This document shows, one piece after another, positions 25,501 to 37,500 of a stretch of DNA of 64,000 bases. Each line of letters begins with the position of its first letter. The first letter of the stretch is position 1. The position numbers were made by a program, and so were the translations under genes. The notes beneath the pieces are model-generated. The model did no database searches. It was not told the DNA's origin and saw only the letters and a list, made by a program, of their open reading frames with translations. This DNA comes from Thalia democratica (taxonomy: Eukaryota), in assembly GCA_965202585.1 (NCBI GenBank), contig OZ241833.1, positions 42,222,001 to 42,286,000 of the forward strand, written 5' to 3'.

Positions 25501-28500
25501 AGGCCAGCCTTACCCTGACTTGTGGCTGTCATTTGTTTATGAGTAGCCATGAAATTTTTTGAAGTAGTTGTTTACAAGTTTTTATATTTTAACTTACCGT
25601 AGAAGTTTGAAGAATGTTTTACATTGGAAAAAAAATTATGCTAGTTTTTAAAAATATATACTCCCAGACTGCCATGTTGAGTCATAAAATAGTATATTTG
25701 TAAATTAGTATATTTTTATTAACAATAACTGTTAATAGTTGAAAATATACTTTGATAGTTTTTTATATTTTCATAATATTTCAGTGCTGCCGAATATTCC
25801 GTACCACACTCAGGCTCACGCCGTTCCTCGTGGAAGATTTCCTTGCGGCGTTGATGAGTAAAAAGACGAACAAGATCATATCTGCTGTTAGTTTTTATAT
25901 TGCTTTTTATTTGACAGTTATAAAAGTGTGTTACCTAAAAAATCTTTAAATTTACGGGTTTTATCATGGTGTGCAGTTACTGTCGTATATTTTTTAAACA
26001 TCTAAGTAGTAAGTATTTAACTCAGTGGTTTTTTTCAACCTTTTTAAAAGCTGTGCACACTAAATTACTGGAAAATAAATTCTGTGCACACTAGACTATA
26101 AATATGAAATGATTATTAAATAATACTAGTTTTTATGTTTTGAGAGCCTTAGTATATAAATAACAGTTTAAAAACTGTTATTTATTTGTTATAATTAGCT
26201 TATTACCATGTAAACAGATAAAACAAATGTCATCTAAAAAAATTTTACAGCTTACTAATTTTTCTGTACACAGTAAAAAAAAGTTATACTCACTAAAGTG
26301 CACATATACACACTTTGACGACCACTGATTTAACAAATAACTTCACCCTAAACTCTTTTCAAAACCAAAAAGTTTTTTTCCAATAAAACCCAAATGACAT
26401 GAAGCCTCTCATAACAAATTTAAAATCTATTGAAAGTTTGCTGAGAGTACAATTAATATATTGTATTATAGAATGCCACTAAAATTAGAGCTAAATTGAA
26501 TTTTTCCGGCCCATAGTGTCTCTAATCACAATTTAACAACAAATTTGCAAAAAAAACCTAAAAGCTTAAATTAAAAGGGTTTCAATTAAAAAAGCATTCT
26601 GGTGTTTTCCCTAAACCAAAACTCACCACAGATACACATGCACCTGCTAGCAAATTTAAATAATAATTTTCTGGGGATTTCCCTAAACAAACATTACAAC
26701 AAAAAGGCTTTTTTCATTAAAACCCCCATTTTCACAGATGCACATGCGCCTTTTAATAGCCCTCATTAAGGAGGACGAGATGAACCAGGTGCACTTCTGT
26801 GCGTCGGACCAGAAGGACAACTGGCACCTGTCCTGCTACGCGGGCCTGCAGGACCCCATGGGGTGGCCCGAGACGCTGAGGAGGTTCGTGGGGAGTTATC
26901 GGGGCGGAAACGAGACGGGCGAGCTCATGGCGATACTCAACAAGCCCGAGTACCCGTTCGTCGAAGTCGAAGACACTATTACGGTTTGAAATGATAAATA
27001 GTATTGTTTTCATTGTTAGCTGTTTATATATAAAATATAAACTTACTGTTAGCTTTGAGTTTGTGCTAAACAGATATAGAAACAGAATAGTTTTTGCATT
27101 TTTTCCAACGTGTGCTGATAAAATCAAACTAAAACTTGGCACTGTAGTGCTTAAATAGACGGTTTACAACAATGTAGCTTTATTTCACCTTGTAAATAGA
27201 AATTCAAGTAATTATAGTAACAAATAAATGTTTACTTATTAAATTTCAAATAAAAACATTAAACAAAATCCTACCACAGGTACTTACCCACTTGTGCGAC
27301 ATGTTCGTTGCTTCCCAGCGTGTCAGGGACGAGCTGATGATGGCGCGCGATCTGCGAACTTACGACGACCACTGCAGGAAGTGCCAGCAGGTAGGAAGTC
27401 TGATGTGCTGCGACGACTGCCCCGCTGTGTACCACGTGCAGTGCACAGGGCTGAAAGAGGTACTTGTTTGTTTTATACTATTAGTATAATTTTTTATAAT
27501 ATTACATTAATCATCTGATTGCCCTGCTGTATACCACGTACAATGTACTGGGTTGAAAAAAGTAATTATTTAGTTTATATATCATGCTTATTTTATTGTA
27601 TGCTGAAAGAGGTACTTGTTTTTATTTTTGATTTTATAATTGTTAATATTTTTTGGTTTAATGAGGTGTTAATTTACAGTTCTTTGTATTATCTGTTTCT
27701 GATAGGTTCTACATTTTTTTATGGAAAATTATATATAAATTAAAAGACGTATTTGAACATGATGTTGTTCATGTTACAAGTATCATAACAAGAGAACTTT
27801 TTATAAGCAGGGTTACGAAAAAGCCTGGGAAAACTTGGAGTTTGAGAAATCTTCAAAAAAAAAACTGGAATTTTGCACAAAAATCACTAAAAAACTGAAA
27901 TTTTATAAAAATTTTATAATGTTAAGTAGTAAAATTTCAATTGGACACAAAAAATCTATCATACAAATAAAAAATTTTTGTCATGAACAAAAAATTTTTT
28001 TTATTTAACATATTTAAAGTAGCTTTACATTATCTTTTCAATGTTTTTATACTATTTAGCACAGTTTAAACATAACTTCAAACTAAAAATACACCCAAAA
28101 ATAAGTACTTTTAAAAACTTGCCGAAAGTTTTGAAAACCTGGAAAAAAATTGCCCAAAGTCAGTGACAACCTTGTAAGATCAAAAATAATGAAAGCTGCT
28201 GTTTCAAATACGTTTTTGCCACATGTTTTTCATTTCAACTTATATTGTAGCCACCTTTCAAATAATATTATTACACATTTTCAAATTAAATAACACCTTG
28301 CAGTCACCGTCGGGGCCGTGGAAGTGCGAGTTGTGCGAACAGAACACGTTGAGCGGGCTCACCAACTGCGAGTTGGAGGAAGAGAACACCGGCTGCTACT
28401 TCAGGCACCAGCCCATCGGCATTGACAGGCACGGCAGGAAGTACTGGTTCATGTGCAGGCGATTGTTTGTGTTAGTTTTTTAATATGTATTATAAATACA

Positions 28501-31500
28501 GGTTTTTTATAGATATTTGTTCCTATATTAATATATATATATTATATATTACTTGTTTTTTGAAGTCTGTTGATGTTGAGAGAGGCTCTCCACTTTTCGT
28601 AGGTGCCAATTATAGAACTAAAATACACAAAATAAACTTTTGCTTGGGACATGCAAAAGTTTATTTTGTGTATTTTAGTTCTATATTATATATTATATTA
28701 ATAGATAAAATAATTATTAATGCTGGTTTCTTGTAGAAGTTAACTTGTGTTAGTTTTTTTATCAACTACTTATTTGTAGTGGTTAATGTGCAGGATATTG
28801 TTTGTGTTAGCTTTTTTTTTTAATATTACAAGTGCTGCTTTCTTTGCAGAAGATTATTTGTTTTAGTCGTTGTTAAGTATGATAAATGTGTAAATAAGTC
28901 ATAGTTTCAACAAACTTTAAATATATTCTATTTAAAAACAAAAAATTGATCAATGTTTTTAACAGTGAGGACGAAAGAACCGGTCAAGTGTGGTATTACT
29001 CAACAAACGAGGACTTCCAACTTCTGATTTCTTACCTCGACTCAGTGTCTTACGAGTTCCTTCTGTGCTCTGTTAGTTTGTTGTTTGTGTTTCTTTATAA
29101 AAACTCCATGTTAAATATTTGCAAAAAACTTAAGAAATACTTAAGCTTATATTTAATTATTTGATTCACTAATAAATTTGTTTAATTTTCAAACCAGAAT
29201 ATTGAGTACTGTTTTATTTCTGACTAATTTTATACTTTTTCAACTGGGTCGTATGTAAAATATTAAAAATTAAAAATAAACATTATTTGTTAAAACAAAA
29301 TTGTTATCAATACACTACAAGAGTGTCAACTGATTATGTATTGATAATTCTATTTAAACAAAAAATAAAGAAAATGTCTTAATAATAAGAACTAGTGTTT
29401 TTTTTTTTGTAATGATAACAAATGATCTTGTTAATAAACAAACTAAAAAATCATAAGTAAATAATTTTGTTTTCAAACAGGAAATCCAGAGGAGAGTTTT
29501 GCCTCACTTCAGCTTTTTCTCCAAACTCACAGAGAACATAACAAATGAGGGAGCAGAGAAATTCTGCGAATACGACGAGGACTGCATACCACTCACCCAA
29601 ATTGCAATTAATAAAGGTGAATTGTTTAACTTAAATATTTTATTTATAATAATACGATGAGGACTGCATTCCACTCACTCAAATTGCTATCAATAAAGGT
29701 GAATTATTTAATTATAATAATTTTATATATAATAATATGACGGAGACTGCATACCACTCACACAAATTGCAATTAATAAAGGTGAATTATTTAATTAAAT
29801 GTTTTATATATAATAATATGACGAAGACTGCATACCACTCACACAAATTGCTATTAATAAAGGTGAATTTAAATATAAATATTTTTTATTTAATATTATA
29901 AAGGTGAATTATTCAACTTTATTGTTAGCTTTATATGAAATTATATGATGAAAACTAAATAGACGGTACAAAAGATACTACCTAACAGTTTAAGACGTAT
30001 AAAAGTTTAACATATCTCGCGCTCAATTCGTCTCTAAATCACTTCGATGTTCAAAGATACCATGCAGCTACCAGGCATTAGAAAACTTGATTAATATATT
30101 TATTTTTCAACAGAGAAAACGCAGAAGTTGTTGGATGAGAGAGATAAGAAGATAAACGATCATTACAACAAACAGGTTTGTTCTTTAATATAGTACAAAT
30201 AATTATGAATAAATGAAAATATATATTAATTTTGATATATATATATAACTTAAAAAAATATATGTTATACAACAACAAACTTGTTGGTTTTTTTAAATGT
30301 AATACAAACGTTATGAAATAAAAAGGTATATATATATATATATTAGTTTTGATATATAACCGCTACAAAAAATAGGTTTGTTTTTTAAAATATAGTACAA
30401 ACAATTATGAATAATTAATTTTAATTTTAAATACATTGCTTTAACAAACAGAAGAAGGAGATGGAGGACAAATTGAGGAGGGAAAAAGAAGACGAACTTT
30501 TGAGGGGAGAGTTCTCGGAGGATGAGAACAAAGATGATGTTAACAAGGTTTTTTGTTTTGAAATAAAAAATATAATTATTACAAACTAAAATAAATAAAT
30601 ATATAAAAATTTATTGAAAAACGATAATGTTAATATAGTTTGTTTTTTTTTTGTTTAAAATAAAAACTAAAGATTCCGTAAAAATTAAATGACCAAAGAT
30701 GATACTAATAAGGAATTGTTGTTTCAGTAGAAATAATATAATTTAAACTAAGTTTTTTGTTGCAATAATAAAAAAATATTGAATACAGTTTGAAATTTAT
30801 ATATTGTAGTTTTTTGTGATATTTTTTATACAACACCTTAAATGATGAAAGTTATCAAGTCGCGATCGATGTTTTATTTTTATAATTTCAAATAGTTCCA
30901 TTCCAAAGGAAATTTGGTTGCATACCGAATAGTATATTTGAAATAAAACTAAATAAAAAGTCGGAGTGAGCGATTGACTAATCTTCTCTCTGAATGTTCG
31001 GTGATTAAAAATAAAACATTTTTTGTATTTTTAAACTTTTTTATTATGAATTCTTTTTTTTTACAGACTCCGGAAAAAACCCAAAACACTGCAGAGGTGA
31101 CCGTAGGAAAGGTTTGAAATGTTTTTTTTTTAATAATTAAGATAGTTAAAAAGATTTTTTTTTATAATTAAGTTGTAACAAGAACTAAAGATTCCGTAAA
31201 AATTAAATGATTAAAGATGATACTAATAAGGAATTGTTGTTTCCAGTAGAAATAATATAATGAAATTTAAACTAAGTTTTTTGTTGCAATAATAAAAATT
31301 TATTGAATACAGTTTAAAATTTATATATTGTAGTTTTTTTGTAATATTTTTTATACAACACCTTAAATGATGAAAGTTATCAAGTCGCAATCAGTGTTTT
31401 ATTTTTCATAATTTCAAATAGTTCCATTCCAAAGGAAATTTGGTTGTATACCGAATAGTATGTTTGAAAAAAAAACTAAATAAAAAGTCGAAGTGAGCGA

Positions 31501-34500
31501 CTGACTAATCTTCTCTCTGAATGTTCGGTGGTTGAAGTATTAAATTTAAGCATTTAAGATTTTTAGATTTTCAGCATATTATCATTGTAATTTTCTTTAC
31601 AGACTCCGGAAAAAACCGCAAGCACTGCAGAGGTGACTGTGGGAAAGGTTCGAGTTGTTTTTTTAATAATTTAAATATTAAATTTTTTTTTTTTTATAAT
31701 TAAATTGTAACAAGATGCCTCATCATTTACAATCTATATGAAATTAATTAGTGATTAATATTTTACTTTTTTGCACCAAGCCGAAAATGATGAAACTTAT
31801 GAAATCGCGATCAACTGTTTTGTTTTTTGTTTAAAAATTCTTCTGTTCAAAAGGAAATTTGGTAATTACCAAACAAATATTTTAAACTAAAACGATGATT
31901 TGACATGACCGATTGACTAATCTTCTCTCTGAAAATTCGGTTCAATTTAAAAGCAAACAAACTATTTATAAAAAACATTTAATTATTATATTAAGTATTT
32001 TTTAGACGCCAGAAAAAGGCGAGATACCGACTGTCCACCTGAATTTGAAACCTCCAGTGTCAATGAACGGTGGTACACCAGCTGTTATCCCCGTTAAAAC
32101 CGGTTTGTTTTACTGTTTAATTGAATTTTTTGTTGATTGTAATCTGTATACTTTTGTTTTGCACAAAATTTAACTAACCAATTGAGTCGTTTTTTTATTA
32201 TAAGATTTTAATTATTCTGTAAAAGCTACCTGAAGCCGTTTTTTTGTTTTTTTTTCATAAATAGTATGCATAGATTACTTGAACTAATATTATGTGGTTT
32301 TCAAAGTTATTTTTTGAATGTGATTTTCTTACAAATATAATAATAGTTTCAAAAAAATCAAACTTCTTTTAAAACAAAAGAATTCAAAATATTTTTTTAT
32401 AAAAGTTGTTGTTTAAATATCAGTTTCAAAACAAAAATAAGTTTGGCTTTAGAATATGATGTTTAATTCAAAACAGAAACACCTGATTAAGTAAACTACT
32501 GATTGTTTACTATTTATTGATAAGTGTTCATTAATAATAATTTTCATTTCAAAATAGAAACACCAGCCACCACTGTGGCGCCTTCCGCTAGCGGCGCACT
32601 CGCGCTGAAACCTCCTCAAATAATTTCAGCCAACGCCCCGAAAATCATCTCTTCCAACTCGAAAATCATCGCCCCGAAAATTGTCACCATAGGCGAGCTG
32701 CCTGCAAACTCAAAAGTAAGTTTTGAATTTTTTTTTGTTAAACTCCAATTGTTTATCTTAAACTACAAAATAAACAAATATGCCGAAAATGATGAAATTT
32801 ATCAAGTCGTGATCATTTTTTTATTTTTTAAAAATTTTAAATTGTTCCATTCCAAACGAAGTTTGATTTAACGTCAAATAAAGTATTTAAAATAAAAAAA
32901 ATAAATAGTTGAAGTGACCGATTGACTAATCTTCTCTCTGAAAATTTGGTCAACTAATAGATATAACAAAAAAAATAAATTTGAACAATTATCAAACCAA
33001 ACAACGATGCAAAGGTGATCAAGCTGCCCGATTTGAACGGTAGCAAGAACGGAGGGGGGCTGAAGCAGATGTTCATGATAAAAGACGGCAAGAGGGTGCA
33101 ACTGAACTTCCCCATTTTGCAGATTCCCCCGAAAAACAACAGCGTCAAAATGATACAAAATATTGCCAGTTGGTTTTTAATAATGCTTTGTTGATTATTG
33201 AATAAACAAAATTTTATTACTTTGAAGTTCTTAAAATTGTTACATTTAACGTTTTTATTCATTTATTTTAAATTATTGACGCCAAAATCATACAATCCTT
33301 TATTAGTTAGTTCTCTGATAATATTTCTAACATTACTTGCGAAATAATTCAAAAGTAGTTGTTTTTCAAACGAGCCCAAAAATGATGATACTTGTAAAGT
33401 CGCTATCATTTTTTTAATTTTTTAATAATTTTATTTTCAAACTGCTCCATTCAATACGGAGTTTGATCAAGAGTCAAACATTTTTGAAATAAGATTTACA
33501 AAAAATAAAATGTTGACATGAGCGATTGACTAATCTTCTCTCTGAGCGTTTGGTGCAAAAAAAAAATTAAAAACTTTTATTTTATTATTAAACTAATTAA
33601 TAATTATTTTCACAGAGTTAGAGCCGAAACCTGTTGAAAAAGAGCAAATTCCATTCAGGTATGTATTTATTATTAGTTATTCATAAGTATAAAATATAAA
33701 TATTATAACTTGATATCAAATTGATGTTAAATATTAATTTATTTTATGTTAATATTTACATTGTTATTAACAATTTACTACAGACTGGGAGAGGAGAAGT
33801 TTTATGAGAATTACGAGAACGCTTACGACAACATCGAGTTGAGTTTCAACAAAACGCAACTCAAAGAACTCAGAGACAGGGAACGACACCTCAATTCCAG
33901 GTGAATATGTAAAATTATTAATAGTTAAGTGTTTTATCGAACTTAGTTTAAATAACTGAGAGATAGCGAACGACATCTTAATTCTTAATAGTAGTAATAA
34001 AAAATATATTCTAATTACAAATTGGCACTTATTGACTAAACTGAATAAGAATTTATTAGTTTTTTAATTTGGACATTTTGGTTGAAAATTATCAATTATA
34101 AGGTATATTGATACATCACAGAAGACATAAACTAAATAAGTAAGAATTTAAATTTTTGCATATAAATTGTTAGATTCTCCATACATAACTTTATAAAAGT
34201 CATTTTTGTTAATAGATAGTTGTTATCTTAGATTAAAATATAAATTTTTAGGTTCTCAATACACCACGGTAAACACGGTTGGCCGAAAAAGATGTTTGAA
34301 AACGACCGTGAAGTTCAGTGTTACGGAGATGTGGTCAGTTTGAATTTGATAAATAAATATATTTGTTATAATGTTTAAAATTGATTTTCAAGTTGTAAAT
34401 GAATTAGAAGTTAAAAAAAATAGGAGTTTTTAAATGTTTTTGTCTGAGTAGTAGACAAAAGTTTATGTGTTTTTAGTCTTCATTATTTTGAAACTAATAA

Positions 34501-37500
34501 TTAAGTTGAAAAAATACTTAAAATATTTTTATCACTTATTACCTATTGCCAAAAATGATGAAAGTTATCTTATCGCGATCAACTCTTTTTATTTTTCAAA
34601 AATATTTCCATTCAAAAGGAAACTTGACAAAAAGTCAAGTAAATATTTTTGGAAATAAAAATAAAAAGGTTGGTATGAACGATTGACTAATCTTCTCTCT
34701 GAATGTTCGGTTTTATTTCAATTGTTAAATATATATATGTATATAAGAACTTTGATTCATTGTTACGTCACACAGGAGAGACAGGTGAGAAACATCAAGG
34801 ACGCCATGCTGACGGTGGAAGAACAAATTCCAATCTGCTTCATGCACGCCAGGTAGTAGTTGTAACAATAATTAATTAATTTATTATTAAATATGTTTTG
34901 TCAACCTCATATAAGTGGAACTCGACATTTTGTTTAGTTTATTTTAAGTTTATCGAGGACAGATTTTAAATCTGAAAACGTTTGCAATATAAATTTGTAT
35001 GTTTTTCAAAACCGTCATTTGATTTTTTCCAATTGTGCAAATGCCACAGACGGGGCAATTACGGGAAATTGTTAGCCGATTTGTTATAAAAGCAAGAATA
35101 CATTTATCCGTAGTTATTTAAATCAGATAAATTATATATGTGCATACAACAAAAAATAAATAGGTAAAAATAATAAAATACAGATGGGGTGATTACAGGA
35201 AGTTGTTGGGCAACTTTTTATAAAAACAAAAATACATATATCCGTAATAACTCGAAAATAAATTAATTGTATGCGTGCTTACAATAAAAAACTATATACA
35301 AATACAGATGGGGCGATTATTGCAAATTGTGGGGAAATTTGTTTTAAAAAAACAAATTCGTAGTTATTCAAATTAAATTGCATAACAATAATAAAATAAC
35401 TCACAAATACAGGTGGTTCGAGTACAGGAAGTTGTGGGGAAAGATGCTGCACCAGAAGAAGTCGCCCGCAGCGTTGAGCAAACTGGTGGGAATACTGGAG
35501 CTGGCTATTAGGCAGAACATAAAGGTGCAGCACTGGACCGACTACGTTGGGTTCATCAGGTTTGTATTGTTTGTTTACTATATACTAATATTGCAAGTTT
35601 GTAATTGTTTATGTGCTATCAGGGTTAAACCAGGAATTTAAAATTTTTTTAAAAACCCAGAATTTTGAACAAAATCACTAAAAACCTGGAATTTTGAACA
35701 AAATCACTAAAAACCTGGAATTTTGAACTAAATCACTAAAAATCTGGAAACTTTTACAAAATCACTAAAAACTTGGAACTTTGAACGAAAATCACAAAAG
35801 ACTTGGAATTTTTATTCAAAAGTTGCTAAAAAACCCGGTAGAACCTGGAATTTTATGTATTTATAAAATATAATTAATTTTAATCGGTTTCATCAGGCAA
35901 TTGGTAGAAACTTGGTAAATGTATTATATATGTTTCGTAAATTTTAAAGCTTAAATGGTGAGTTAAGTTTGTATTTTTTTTCATAACAAAATGTTTTAAA
36001 GAAGTCCATTTTTTATACTTAACTCGTGTTCAATTCAGTGTTAAAGACTTGCATATTGTTATTTCTACCTAACTTTATTGTTTGAAAGCCGAAAATGATG
36101 AAAAGTATTAGATCGTGATCTATTTTTTTATTTTCGACCATTTTAAATTGTTCCATTCAAAAGGAAGTTTGATCGAACATCAAACAAATCATTTGAAACT
36201 GAAAAAATAAAAAGTTGAAGTGACCGACTGTCTAATCTTCTCTCTGAATATTCGGTCGAATTAATATTAAACTAAAAAATCTGAAATTTTTACAACAATT
36301 TAATCATTTTTTTATTAAAAAGTTTCCTCCGCTGCACGGCGCAAATGAGAGAAGCTCACGACAAAAGGAGAAAAGCGAAACCCAAGCTGAACAAGGAAGA
36401 CCTTCAGAGGAACCCCAACGCGCCCAAATATACACTTGTGAACATCTGCAATTACGTTAGTTTTAGTTTATTTTTGTTGTTGTATAATTTAAGCTTAATG
36501 CGCCTAAATATCAATCTGCAGTTATGTTTTTTTTTACAAATATTATGTCAGTTTTTATATTTAAATTATTTTTAATTCTTGTACATATCTTGTATATTTT
36601 TTAAATTAGCAATGTTTTCATTGTTTTTGTTTTTAAAAAGAACCTTGCTCTTCAAAAATAATAATGTCAGTTGAAACAAGTTTCAAAAGCCTCGTAAAAA
36701 CCGTAAACAAGTTACAACTTTAACTTGTTTTTTTATTATAAAAGTTTTAAGAAAATAATCAAATATTTTTCTCGCAGTTGTGCAAATGCAAGGGCGAGGA
36801 TTACCGGTTGTCAGGGAAACCGGGGTGGGAGTACGTGAGCAACACGTTCTCGCTCAAGGGAGTTCCCCCCATTTTCCCCAAACCCCATCAAATAGCGTCA
36901 TCACCGCCACAAGAGGCAGCAGAGAGTAAGGAGGAGAAAGTGGTTGAGGAGAAAATGGAAGTCGTCGAGGAGAAATGCGACATTCTGGCCGACGCGATGA
37001 AAATGACCGAGCTGGAGGTAGACGAGGGAAAATCCCCTAAAGTAGAAAAAATGTCTGTCGAAACCCAAGAAAAATCTTCTGAAAGTAAAGTAAGAGAAAA
37101 TTCAGTTGAAAACGAGGAAAAATCCCCCAAAGAGGAAGGTCAGATCGACGTCAGCGCAAGCCTTCTGAACAGAGCCGACAGTCGTTACAACAAAACATAC
37201 AGGAGGAAGTGCATTGCCGATGGCCTGCTGAAACACAGGTGATAAATTAGTTTTTTAATAAATGTTGATAATTTTATTTACTGTTATAAGTTTAGTTTTA
37301 TTGTACATGTTGGACTATTTAGTTTTATTTAAAATTTTTTTTATCTTGTTTTAATTTATATTTTGCTATAAAATCAAAATTCAACTCAAGCTTGGTAAGA
37401 CGAATCCTTTGGTGCATTTTAACTGAATATCTTAAATATTAAGAATAATTAAAATATTTAAAAATAACCGCAGAGTCGCGCAGCACGAGAGGTTCTTGAA

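Noticed and set aside
29943-30095. ATGATGA followed by GC-richer intronic sequence, a possible further C/D snoRNA
   Set aside because: No clear box D or terminal stem, too close to the acceptor, and no target recognised.
30834-36257. Interpreting the seven intronic repeats as a MITE or Introner family
   Set aside because: No TSDs, a single orientation, a fixed distance to acceptors, and conservation concentrated on boxes C and D and a U6-complementary guide fit a snoRNA much better.
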